The translations under genes were made by a program, and so were the position numbers. This document shows positions 18,459 through 27,943 of a stretch of DNA of 64,000 nucleotides, piece after piece (position 1 is the first letter of the stretch; each line of letters starts with the position of its first letter). Below the pieces are notes generated by a model that saw nothing but the letters and a program-made list of their open reading frames with translations, was not told the DNA's origin and made no database searches. The stretch is from Candidatus Omnitrophota bacterium (GTDB lineage: Bacteria; Omnitrophota; Gorgyraeia; Duberdicusellales; 4484-171). The stretch is taken from contig JBDRAN010000005.1 of NCBI GenBank assembly GCA_043823745.1, positions 4,459-68,458 of the forward strand, read 5' to 3'.

Positions 18459-19607
18459 TTAAAAATATTCACTATACACGTGCATAATCTTCTGCATCAA
18501 GGAACGAGTGACACAATGGTCGTTCTCAAGAAACCGATGAACGCCATACGAAAGGCATCCGAACGATGCCGATGCAGCGCGCCCATTTGCCGGGATAAGG
18601 GTTTCTTCGCCGGCACAAGTCTTAAAAAATTCAAGAAACCCTTCGTGGGTTGTTAGTTGACTCACGCAACCAACAGCACATGCCATGATTTCCCGTTGCC
18701 TCTTGATATCCGCTAAAATTTCGCGCACCTTACCGCGAACAAACTCGCATACAAAAGCATTAAAAGTCTGCGTGCTGAGGCTGGCATAGGTGTCGCCGTT
18801 TTTAACGCTAATTTCCTTATAATGGGGTGTATCCGTAAATGAAAGATACCGGTCCGCGATCTCTCCGGCAAGACCGGGGGCCAACAAGAATTTTTTCTCG
18901 ATCTCCCGAAAAATATGGTACACGCTGAAACTATCATTACTCACGAATTCCAGAGAACCGCTCCTATATACACTGACATGCATGTCGCGGGCGCCGATCG
19001 TCAGGATAATCTGCGGCAGAACGATGTGTGGCTGTGAATTAAAAACCGAGATGCTGCTTATGCCGGCACTCACAAAGCCTCCGAATTCTCTATCAAGATT
19101 ATCAAAAACATCTTCCGCCTCACGCCGCAGTTTTTCCTTTATATAAAAAAGTAACGAACGAGTATTTATTTTTTTTGCTTGCATCCCAATCGGCGGCCGG
19201 AGGAAATGCTGGCCCTCAATCTCATAATCAAGAATCAAATGGTGTACGCACGTATCATCCCAGTCAAGCGCCAATTCTTGAATATACTTTCGGGCATACC
19301 CGATGTCTCCCGCGGAAACCTTTTTACGACTCTTAAAGGGGACTGTCTCATCGATCTGCGTACGCTGCTGGACGCTCCAGGGAAGGACACAAAAAACCTT
19401 TTCTACCTTGAGAGAATACGCAATCTCTTTTTCCTGTATACGCTGCTCGATCAGATAAGCATTTTTCTTGAGCGTATCAATAAAATCAACGCCGGCATTA
19501 CACGCAATTTCCAGCTCCTCAATAAATCGAACCACTCCCCGCTCATAAGCCGCCAGGGCCACATACGCGCGCGCGCCATCGATATCAATACCGCAAAACC
19601 CTCTCAT
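18459..19607 (-). CDS. ftsA: divergent actin-fold cell division protein FtsA-like
   Basis: Position immediately after ftsQ. Phosphate-1-like GIDIDGARAYVALA and phosphate-2-like LTIGARDMHVSVY motifs of the FtsA/actin fold. Sequence is otherwise divergent. Confidence 0.6.
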   Translation of the reverse strand: MRGFCGIDIDGARAYVALAAYERGVVRFIEELEIACNAGVDFIDTLKKNAYLIEQRIQEKEIAYSLKVEKVFCVLPWSVQQRTQIDETVPFKSRKKVSAGDIGYARKYIQELALDWDDTCVHHLILDYEIEGQHFLRPPIGMQAKKINTRSLLFYIKEKLRREAEDVFDNLDREFGGFVSAGISSISVFNSQPHIVLPQIILTIGARDMHVSVYRSGSLEFVSNDSFSVYHIFREIEKKFLLAPGLAGEIADRYLSFTDTPHYKEISVKNGDTYASLSTQTFNAFVCEFVRGKVREILADIKRQREIMACAVGCVSQLTTHEGFLEFFKTCAGEETLIPANGRAASASFGCLSYGVHRFLENDHCVTRSLMQKIMHVYSEYF

Positions 19608-20356
19608 CGTTTCCTTCCTAAATATACTTTGTCATACCGTAAATCAATATATTCAACGAGTGCCAAATCACCCTTAAGCTCACCGCGCAAGATTGTTTCC
19701 AAAGTTCCAAGTTTACGTTTAAAATCATTTTTCCCGAGAATTATTTTCGTCTGATCAATCATCATACACATGACCTCAGGCTGCGTAGCATTAATCGATT
19801 GCACTGAAAATTTTCGCAGGAACCGCGCTTTATATAATTCCTCAATGAGTACAAAAGCGGTTTCAAGGCGCACGTCAGCCACGCGCTGGCCCGGTTTCAG
19901 GCGCCGGTTATAATCGTCAATCTCAATGAGCACGAAACCCGGCGCCGCGCTTTGATCCTCGGTAATAACAACACCCTCCCGGTCAACAGGATAATTTTTA
20001 TCCCCCTTAAGAAGCGCAAAAGGTTTTCTTATCACGATCGTAATTCGCACCGCGCTGGGAAATTCTTTAGACAGATAAACTTCTTTGTACTCCGGATGCT
20101 GACGGTAAATCTGCGCGCGGATACCCTCGAGATCAACGTCAAACAACGATTCATTTCCGGTAAGCGTTATCGCATTATTATCGATCGCGACATTCGAACG
20201 CAGCTCTTTTACCATAAATATCGATGAGCTGGAAAGCTCTTTGCCCAGATACACCGCAAACAACACAAAGAGCACGCAAAAAAATCCGATCACCGCCGCT
20301 TTGGGAGTCGGGATAAGCTTAACTTTTTTTAACTTCTTGAATTTGGTTTTTGCCAT
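19604..20356 (-). CDS. ftsQ: cell division protein FtsQ (POTRA domain)
   Basis: N-terminal basic segment plus a single TM (VIGFFCVLFVLFAVYL), a POTRA-like region, and position between ddl and ftsA. Confidence 0.75.
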   Translation of the reverse strand: MAKTKFKKLKKVKLIPTPKAAVIGFFCVLFVLFAVYLGKELSSSSIFMVKELRSNVAIDNNAITLTGNESLFDVDLEGIRAQIYRQHPEYKEVYLSKEFPSAVRITIVIRKPFALLKGDKNYPVDREGVVITEDQSAAPGFVLIEIDDYNRRLKPGQRVADVRLETAFVLIEELYKARFLRKFSVQSINATQPEVMCMMIDQTKIILGKNDFKRKLGTLETILRGELKGDLALVEYIDLRYDKVYLGRKR

Positions 20357-21272
20357 AGAAAGCCGCTCTGATCATTTCCATAATTAATTCATTGAACGAT
20401 ATGCCGCATGCAGCCGCTGAAAGCGGAAGAAGACTATGCGAAGTCAGGCCGGGAATCGAATTAACTTCCAGCACATAGGGCACCTCATCCGGGCTAAGAC
20501 GGATGTCTACCCGCGAAAAATGACGACACCCCAGGGACCGGTGCGCTGCTACTGCCGTCTTCTGCACGGCCCGATATACTGCCTGTTTGAGTTTTGCCGG
20601 AGCGATAAGGTCGGCCAGTCCATCGCTATATTTAGTCGTAAAGTCAAAGTAGCCTCCGCGAGGTACGATCTCAACCACCGCAAGCGGCTCTTCCTTAAAA
20701 ATACCGACCGTTAACTCTCTGCCTTCAATATATTGCTCAATCAAAAGCTTATCCTGCACACGAAACGCAACGTCAATGGCTTGACGCAAAGACATATCAT
20801 CGCGGACGATTGAAACCCCGATACTTGAGCCGGCGCAATATGGTTTCACCACTACCGGATACCGAACCATCGTTGACATTACCTGGCCGCGCGCGAGCAT
20901 ACACGAGGGAGCAATGGGAATGCGTTTCTTCGCAAACACCTCTTTAGAAGCGATTTTATCCATCGCCAGACGACTTGCAACAGGACCGGAACCGCTATAC
21001 GGTATATCAATTGACTCAAGAATCCCCTGGATGCTGCCGTCTTCTCCGAACTCACCGTGCAACGCGATAAAAACTACGTCGGGAGCATGAAGTTTAAGCT
21101 GCGCTTTTATAACAACGTCATCACGACTGGTAATATCAATAAAAACAGCCTCCACGCCGCGGGAATCAAGCGTCCGGCAAACCTGCGCTCCTGATTGCAA
21201 CGAAATGTCCCGCTCTGAAGACACTCCGCCGGCCAATACCCCGACTTTAATATTGCTCAAATCGAATGACAT
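20319..21272 (-). CDS. ddl: D-alanine--D-alanine ligase
   Basis: VGVLAGGVSSERDISLQSG N-terminal motif and ATP-grasp signatures (EQYIEGRELTVG, LEVNSIPGLT). Confidence 0.95.
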   Translation of the reverse strand: MSFDLSNIKVGVLAGGVSSERDISLQSGAQVCRTLDSRGVEAVFIDITSRDDVVIKAQLKLHAPDVVFIALHGEFGEDGSIQGILESIDIPYSGSGPVASRLAMDKIASKEVFAKKRIPIAPSCMLARGQVMSTMVRYPVVVKPYCAGSSIGVSIVRDDMSLRQAIDVAFRVQDKLLIEQYIEGRELTVGIFKEEPLAVVEIVPRGGYFDFTTKYSDGLADLIAPAKLKQAVYRAVQKTAVAAHRSLGCRHFSRVDIRLSPDEVPYVLEVNSIPGLTSHSLLPLSAAACGISFNELIMEMIRAAFYGKNQIQEVKKS

Positions 21273-21400
21273 ATGGTTATCGGTTACTTTCTATCCACGC
21301 CTTATGATGTCAAAGTGTCAGACGTCAGGGTGTCAAAATGTCCAGTCATTTTCCCTACTTTGACGCTTTGATACTTTGACACGTTGACGCTTACTGCGCC

Positions 21401-22255
21401 CTACATCCATCGCTCTATTTCTTCTTCCAGTATCACTCCAAACTTTCGATGCACCGTATCTTTAATCCTACCAATAATACAATCAACGTCGGCATACGTT
21501 GCTCTCCCGGTATTGATAATAAAATTGGCGTGTTTAGATGAAACCTGCGCGTCGCCGACGGTAAGCCCCTTTAAACCACAAGAGTCAATAAGAAATCCGG
21601 CAGCGTACCCCGTGGGATTCTTAAAAACAGAACCGCAGCTGGGATAGGTAAAGTCCTGACTCTGGTAGCGCCGGGAAAGAATATTCGCGATTTCCGCTCG
21701 AAGAGCCTGATGCGGAGTGACACGAAACCATGCGCGCGTAATAATCAGGTTTCCAAACGACGAACTCCGGTAACCAAATACCATCTCATCCCGGGATATC
21801 CGCACGCACGTGCCGGTTCTTGTCACCGCTTCAACCGCCACAAGAACAGAACAAATCTCTCGGCCGAACGATGACGCATTCATGCGCACCAAGCCCCCGA
21901 TGGTCGCAGGGATTCCTGCCAGCTCATGCAATCCACCCAAATTATGCTTTACGCAATACTTAAGGACCGCGGCTAACTTCGTTGCGGCGCCGGCCTCAAG
22001 CAAATCTCCGGCGCATCTGGTGTAATCAAATTCTTGCCCAAGCGTAACAACCGACGTACGCAGCGCGCCGTTACGGATTAAAAGATTCGAGCCCCCGCCC
22101 AAACAGTAATATGCGCCGACTGTATCCGCAAGAACTGCCTGAACGTCGTCAAGGCTATGCGCGTGAAAGAAATACTGAGCCGTGCCCCCGATTTTTATCG
22201 TGGTGTAGGGGGCCAACTCAACGCCCTGCGCTAACTCTATTCTTTTTGTACCCAC
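21401..22255 (-). CDS. murB: UDP-N-acetylenolpyruvoylglucosamine reductase
   Basis: FAD-binding GGGSN motif and the C-terminal MurB signature CGSVFKNP. Confidence 0.95.
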   Translation of the reverse strand: MGTKRIELAQGVELAPYTTIKIGGTAQYFFHAHSLDDVQAVLADTVGAYYCLGGGSNLLIRNGALRTSVVTLGQEFDYTRCAGDLLEAGAATKLAAVLKYCVKHNLGGLHELAGIPATIGGLVRMNASSFGREICSVLVAVEAVTRTGTCVRISRDEMVFGYRSSSFGNLIITRAWFRVTPHQALRAEIANILSRRYQSQDFTYPSCGSVFKNPTGYAAGFLIDSCGLKGLTVGDAQVSSKHANFIINTGRATYADVDCIIGRIKDTVHRKFGVILEEEIERWM

Positions 22256-23603
22256 TGATAACTTCCTCCATGATCGTATTGATATCTCCCGCGCCCAAAC
22301 CCATCACTAGATCTCCCTCTTGAAGAAGCATCGGCAATTCTTCAACGATCCGCTCCCGTGCGATATAACGTGCTCCTTGCGGAAAAAACTTTTTTATGTG
22401 GTCCAGAAGAAACAACGCATCAATGCCCTCGATCTTTGTCTCTGACGCGGCGTACACATCCGTAAGGATCACTTCATCCGCATGCGCGAAACACTGCGAA
22501 AACTCAACGCATAACTGCTTGACTCGCGAAAAGCGGTGCGGCTGGAATACTGCCACCAGACGCCGGCATGAAAGCAAACGGGCGGCCTTAAGCACCGCGT
22601 TAATTTCCGTGGGGTGATGCGCGTAATCATCAACAAAGGTGACGCCGGAAACCACCTCTTTAATCTGGAAGCGACGCTTCGTTCCTTTAAACGTACTAAG
22701 TGCCCCAAGCGCTCCCGTAACGTCGAGTCCGTGATAATAAAAAAACCCGAGCACCGCGAGCGTATTTAATGCGTTATGTTCTCCCAGAAGCGGCACCCGC
22801 ACCACTCCGATGCTTTTACCTTCAATGATGACCTCAAACACGCTACACGTTCCATCGAAGGAAAATTGCGTGGCCCGTACCACATTGTGCTCGCCAAATC
22901 CATACGAAATACCTCCCACCTTATCAAGAATAATACGCACACTCGCGTCATCGCCGCATCCAAAAACTTTGCCGCCGGTATTGCGAGCGAAACGCAAGAA
23001 ATTCTCCTTAAGGTGCGCCATTGTTTTATGATAATCAAGATGCTCAGAATCAATATTGGTAATAATAGAAGACCACGGCTTACAATACAGAAAACTTCCA
23101 TCGCTTTCGTCGGTTTCAACCACAAAATAATCCTTTCCCCACCAGGCATTACGGCCGCAATTAAGGGCTACACCCCCCACACATACCGTCGGAAACAGGC
23201 CAAGCGAGGTTAAAAGATGCCCCATGAGCGCGGTAGTCGTGGTTTTACCATGACTTCCGCATATCGCGACCGTTTTTTGGCCCTCACATAAAAGGCCCAG
23301 GAGTTCTCCGCGCTTAAGAATCGCTATCCCGCGGCGCCGAGCCTCGATAAGCTCGGGATTATCTTCTTTGACCGCAGACGAATACACCAAAAGTTGCACC
23401 TCGGGCCCGATATTGTTCGGGGCGTGCCCAATGTCAACGGAAATGCCGGCCGATGTAAGCATCCGGACCGCATACGAATCAGAGACATCGGAACCGCGAA
23501 CCAAAAAACCCCGTTCGCGAAGCAGCAGCGCCAAGCCACTGGTGCCGATCCCCCCGATCCCCGATATATAGATTGCCGTTATTCCAGATAAAACTTTTTC
23601 CAT
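22218..23603 (-). CDS. murC: UDP-N-acetylmuramate--L-alanine ligase
   Basis: N-terminal IYISGIGGIGTSGLA, Mur ligase P-loop GSHGKTTTT, and C-terminal domain motifs. Confidence 0.95.
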   Translation of the reverse strand: MEKVLSGITAIYISGIGGIGTSGLALLLRERGFLVRGSDVSDSYAVRMLTSAGISVDIGHAPNNIGPEVQLLVYSSAVKEDNPELIEARRRGIAILKRGELLGLLCEGQKTVAICGSHGKTTTTALMGHLLTSLGLFPTVCVGGVALNCGRNAWWGKDYFVVETDESDGSFLYCKPWSSIITNIDSEHLDYHKTMAHLKENFLRFARNTGGKVFGCGDDASVRIILDKVGGISYGFGEHNVVRATQFSFDGTCSVFEVIIEGKSIGVVRVPLLGEHNALNTLAVLGFFYYHGLDVTGALGALSTFKGTKRRFQIKEVVSGVTFVDDYAHHPTEINAVLKAARLLSCRRLVAVFQPHRFSRVKQLCVEFSQCFAHADEVILTDVYAASETKIEGIDALFLLDHIKKFFPQGARYIARERIVEELPMLLQEGDLVMGLGAGDINTIMEEVISGYKKNRVSAGR

Positions 23604-24379
23604 TTCTCCTCTAACTCGCTCATTGACCGTATCGATTGAAAGCTTCGTGACAAGGCATCTTCTATCGTAGAGCCGTTACGCAGGAAATATAAAAATTGAG
23701 AAAAATGATCCCTGCCGTACCGCCCCACTAAAAAAGAAATAATAGAATAGGACTCAAGGTAAAAAAGACTAACCGAGCCAGTTCCCGAACTCGACAGGCC
23801 CTCTGGGCGCATCTGATTTAAATCAGAAAATTTGATATACGTATTGTCCTTAATCGCCCGGCGTATCAGATACATGCTTCTGGCGTACGGATTCGAAACA
23901 TGTTTGCTTTCAACATACAACGCTGCCGCCTCATCAAGCCACAGCGGTAATTTTCCGCTACCTACATATTCCCGAAAAATAATGTGCGTTAGCTCATGGG
24001 CAAAAATAGAAGCGCGATTGTGCTGATGAGGGTACGTGTATATAATTTTATCCCGGTAATCAACACACGCTCCTGACCATGACGGGCATTTGAAAGTACT
24101 TACATATTCTTGCTTATCCGCTGCTATAAAAACTTTTGCCCGATTATCCCACAACCACAGGTTGTCTCTCACGAGATTAAATTCCTGGGTAATATCTCGA
24201 TAATAACCCTCAAGCACATCGGCGGTAGAACGAACGTATCCCTCATCAATTGAGGCTGGATAATAAATTAAAAAATGTTCCGAACGCAATTCGCGATAAC
24301 CCTGCGGAATCTGTGCGCACAGCGGTGAAGCACCAAAAAGGATAACGCTAAGCGCACACCGCGCGATAAAATTTTTCAA
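23579..24379 (-). CDS. secreted zincin-like metallopeptidase (HExxH...E, peptidase-MA-like), unknown specificity
   Basis: Signal peptide (ALSVILFGASPLCAQ), HELTHIIF followed by LWLDEAAALY (Glu 19 residues after the second His). It is inserted between murC and murG. Confidence 0.55.
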   Translation of the reverse strand: MKNFIARCALSVILFGASPLCAQIPQGYRELRSEHFLIYYPASIDEGYVRSTADVLEGYYRDITQEFNLVRDNLWLWDNRAKVFIAADKQEYVSTFKCPSWSGACVDYRDKIIYTYPHQHNRASIFAHELTHIIFREYVGSGKLPLWLDEAAALYVESKHVSNPYARSMYLIRRAIKDNTYIKFSDLNQMRPEGLSSSGTGSVSLFYLESYSIISFLVGRYGRDHFSQFLYFLRNGSTIEDALSRSFQSIRSMSELEEKWKKFYLE

Positions 24380-25376
24380 TGCCCACCTCTATGTCCATGG
24401 CGCTCAAGTTCTCTCTAAGCCGTTCCCTCAATTGTGTGTTAAACAGAACCTGCGTCAATACCTCTGCAAATTCATCAAACGAAAAATTTTCCTGCGTAAA
24501 CATAAATGCGGCGCCGCGCTTCCTGAAATATGCCGCATTTGCTTCCTGATGCGCACCCGCAGCTGGATAAGGCACCAGGAGCGCAGGAAGCTTATAGTAG
24601 ATAATCTCCGCAAGCGTCGAAGCGCCACAGCGGGTAATAACCGCATCGGCGGCGCTATATAACAACTCCATGGAATAGTAAAAATCACGTACGAACGTTG
24701 TTTTTTCTATTGTATTATAGAATTGCGTAATTTGGAAGTATTCTCTTTTTCCGGTTAAATGAATTATCTGAAAATCCTCTTTTATCTCACGAGCCAGGCG
24801 CAGGCACGTACTGTTTAAAAACGCTGAACCCTGGCTGCCGCCAAAACAAAAAATGACCGGGGACTCAGTCAAACCAAGCGCCGCACGCGCACGCGTTTTA
24901 TCGATGATCCGAATGGTATCACGCAACGGGATGCCAACGGCCTGCGCGCGCCTCGTCGCTGAACGTAAAGGGAACCCTACGAGAATCTTTCCCGCAAATA
25001 TCGAAAGCACTCTGTTGGCGCGGCCCATCGTGGCATTCGGCTCATAAATATAGGTTTTGCGCATACACAAGGAGCCGAACAATACCAGAAAGAAACTATC
25101 TCTGCCGCCGAATCCTACAATTTTTTGCGGGCGTTCGCGCACGATAAGATATGCTGCCTCCAGCAAACGAAATATCATCTCAACCAGCACGTTTCGGGAA
25201 GGGAAAACTTTTCCGGAAACGCAAAAACCCTCCCGCGCCAGATGCTCCTTCAAAAAAGGAGCCGTGACAAAGAAAGAAACCGTAGCTTCCGGTGAATGTT
25301 CTTTTATTTTTTTTGCCAGCGCCAATGCCGGAAAGACATGACCGCCGCTGCGGTCGCACGCGAGTAAAATACGCAT
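24348..25376 (-). CDS. murG: UDP-N-acetylglucosamine--N-acetylmuramyl-(pentapeptide) pyrophosphoryl-undecaprenol N-acetylglucosamine transferase
   Basis: GGHVFPALA N-terminal motif and GT28 C-terminal region. The start is moved to MRILLACDRSGGH. Confidence 0.9.
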   Translation of the reverse strand: MRILLACDRSGGHVFPALALAKKIKEHSPEATVSFFVTAPFLKEHLAREGFCVSGKVFPSRNVLVEMIFRLLEAAYLIVRERPQKIVGFGGRDSFFLVLFGSLCMRKTYIYEPNATMGRANRVLSIFAGKILVGFPLRSATRRAQAVGIPLRDTIRIIDKTRARAALGLTESPVIFCFGGSQGSAFLNSTCLRLAREIKEDFQIIHLTGKREYFQITQFYNTIEKTTFVRDFYYSMELLYSAADAVITRCGASTLAEIIYYKLPALLVPYPAAGAHQEANAAYFRKRGAAFMFTQENFSFDEFAEVLTQVLFNTQLRERLRENLSAMDIEVGIEKFYRAVCA

Positions 25377-25383
25377 AGCCCTC

Positions 25384-26532
25384 TCACGTTTCCTTTGATG
25401 CATTAAAAAACAATCCCAGCAGAATAAAATGCGTGATCAGATTTGAACCACCGTAACTCATAAAGGGAAGCGGCAGGCCTTTCGTCGGGAAAAGCCCGCA
25501 GGAAACTCCTATATTGATGATCACTTCAAGGAAGAAAATAAAAATAATTCCCCAGAGCAAGCCGCGCCTGAACTCGTCGGTAGAGCGTTGAGCAATGCCG
25601 ACCATCGCATTAATTAAGAAGAAAAATAGCGCGAAAAGAGAAAGCGAGCCCCACAGGCCGAATTCTTCAGCAATAATAGAAAAAATAAAATCGGTATGCG
25701 CGGCGGGGAGAAAAAAAAGTTTCTGGCGGCCCTCCCCTAATCCCACCCCCCATAGGCCTCCCTCGCCAAACGCAATTTGGGATTGTATGATCTGGAACCC
25801 GGTGTTGCGTGGGTCAGCGTACGGGTTAAAGTACGCGGTGATCCGCTTGAAACGGTACGGGTAAAGCGTGATCAAGAAAAAAAGTAATACGACTCCAAAA
25901 ATAACAATCAAGAAAATATGCTGTTTGCGCGCGCGGTGCAGAAAAAGAAAAAACAAAGTCCAGACCACCCAAAAAATCGACGAACCTAAATCAGGTTCAA
26001 GAAGCAACAACAACGACGTCACACCGAGAATGAGGCCCAAAGGAAGCAAACCCTGACGGAAATAGCGGATAAGGTTTCCCTTGCGACGGCAATATTCGGC
26101 GCAATACACCAGAAAGGTTATTTTAAGCATCTCCGAAGGCTGGAAGTTAAAAAACGGGGAATGAAACCAGCGCCGGGCTCCGCCGGCGCGCTTCCCGACA
26201 ATTAAAACGGCAAAGAGCAGAATAATAGTGATAGCAAGAAAAACCTTGTTGTTGCGACGTAAAAAATCCAAGTCAACAAAAAGCATTGCGATAAACAATG
26301 CAACACCTACCGCGCAATAGCTAAGCTGCCGTGAAAAAAAATACATCGGGTCCGAAGAAATTTTATACGCGTAAATACTCGACGACTCATAGACCATGAT
26401 GAGGCCAAAAAGGCTCAAGAACATAACGGTTAAAAATATGAAACGGCGCTGTTTTTTTATATCAAACGTCTTCATCACTAAAAGTGATACGTTCGGAGCA
26501 TGTGTGGGGCCTTGCTCCTTAACTAAAAACAT
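25384..26532 (-). CDS. ftsW: SEDS-family peptidoglycan glycosyltransferase FtsW
   Basis: 10-TM SEDS pattern with conserved HTDFIFSIIAEEFG and PFMSYGGSNL motifs. The true start may be the internal Met (MKTFD). Confidence 0.9.
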   Translation of the reverse strand: MFLVKEQGPTHAPNVSLLVMKTFDIKKQRRFIFLTVMFLSLFGLIMVYESSSIYAYKISSDPMYFFSRQLSYCAVGVALFIAMLFVDLDFLRRNNKVFLAITIILLFAVLIVGKRAGGARRWFHSPFFNFQPSEMLKITFLVYCAEYCRRKGNLIRYFRQGLLPLGLILGVTSLLLLLEPDLGSSIFWVVWTLFFLFLHRARKQHIFLIVIFGVVLLFFLITLYPYRFKRITAYFNPYADPRNTGFQIIQSQIAFGEGGLWGVGLGEGRQKLFFLPAAHTDFIFSIIAEEFGLWGSLSLFALFFFLINAMVGIAQRSTDEFRRGLLWGIIFIFFLEVIINIGVSCGLFPTKGLPLPFMSYGGSNLITHFILLGLFFNASKET

Positions 26533-26652
26533 ATGTCGCAGGCATTGTTTGCCCGGAATACACCCGCGGAAATACCTTCAGAAAATTTCTGGACATGGCG
26601 GAACGCCGAAAAACATGACCTCTTTTACCTTAACGGACAAGAACGCCCGGAG

Positions 26653-27933
26653 TTATGTCATTTGTGACGTTTCAATTGCATTGTCCCGGCTCAGACTGTT
26701 GACTGCTGCCATAAATTTTCTACCCCTATCCATATAATTTAAAAACATGTCAAAACTCGAGCACATAGGAGAAAATACTATGGTATCACGCTTGCGTGCC
26801 TGGCCGAAGGAAGCGCGGACAACGGCTTCCAACGAAGGAAATATCTCAACCGGAACCCGCCCCCCGAGTGCCTGCTTTATTTTCTCGGCAGCCTGGCCGA
26901 TCAGATTAACTTTTTTAACCCTCTTCAGATACGGAATAATAACCGCGTAATCTACTCCTTTATCCTTGCCTCCGGCAATTAAAATAATATCGCCCTTGAG
27001 CGCCTGGAGGGCCCACATTGTCGATGAAGGATTTGTTGATTTTGAATCATTGATAAACCGAACCCCCGCGAGATCTCTAACAAGCTGCAGACGATGCGGA
27101 AGCCCGCGAAACTCTGAAAAAACGCCGACACAATCAGCCTTGCTTAAACCGAAGATGGTGGCGGTACGGTATATACATGAGAAGTTTTCATTGGGAAATT
27201 CGTCAGAAAAGTAAACGATGCGCGATGTAATACGTTTTTCGATATCGCCACGCATAGCGATATTCTTATTAACCACCGCGTAGTCCCGTACGGTCTGATT
27301 CCTGAAAAGATTCATCTTCGCGTTATAATAATCGGTAACGGTCGGGTGCCGGTCAAGGTGATTCGGCTCGAAATTTAAAAGGCAGCCCACAAAGGGACGA
27401 AACTCAATAATAGACTCGAGTTGAAACGAACTTATTTCAAGGACGATTACGTCACCTTTCTTTGTAGCAAGGATAAATGAAGAGACGGGAATACCAATGT
27501 TACCGCCTAAAAAAACCCGCTTACGTCTACTCTTTAAAACTCGATACGTAAGAAACGTGGTCGTTGTCTTCCCATTCGTGCCGGTAATAGCTACAAAATG
27601 AGCCTTGGTTAACCAGAACGAGAACTCGACTTCTCCAACGCACGGTATCGCACATGCACGCGCGATCGATACCGCGGATGACTGCGCCATGTCCACGCCG
27701 GGGCTCACAACAACTAACTGCGACTCTTTAATGAATTGTTCGGTGTGCGCGCCAAACTCAAAACGGACGCCCCGTTGCATAAAAGCATTAATCGGCCCTG
27801 AAGCAAAACGTTCACGCGGCTTCTCATCCGTAAGCAAAACTTCCTTGCCCAGAGTACGCAGGAGCGTACATAACGCGATGCCACTTTTACCCCACCCGAC
27901 AACGCATACTTTTTTTAGAGCGTCAATATTCAC
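26653..27933 (-). CDS. murD: UDP-N-acetylmuramoylalanine--D-glutamate ligase
   Basis: VVGWGKSG N-terminus and GTNGKTTTT P-loop, in dcw order. Confidence 0.9.
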   Translation of the reverse strand: MNIDALKKVCVVGWGKSGIALCTLLRTLGKEVLLTDEKPRERFASGPINAFMQRGVRFEFGAHTEQFIKESQLVVVSPGVDMAQSSAVSIARACAIPCVGEVEFSFWLTKAHFVAITGTNGKTTTTFLTYRVLKSRRKRVFLGGNIGIPVSSFILATKKGDVIVLEISSFQLESIIEFRPFVGCLLNFEPNHLDRHPTVTDYYNAKMNLFRNQTVRDYAVVNKNIAMRGDIEKRITSRIVYFSDEFPNENFSCIYRTATIFGLSKADCVGVFSEFRGLPHRLQLVRDLAGVRFINDSKSTNPSSTMWALQALKGDIILIAGGKDKGVDYAVIIPYLKRVKKVNLIGQAAEKIKQALGGRVPVEIFPSLEAVVRASFGQARKRDTIVFSPMCSSFDMFLNYMDRGRKFMAAVNSLSRDNAIETSQMT

Positions 27934-27943
27934 AATTATACCG

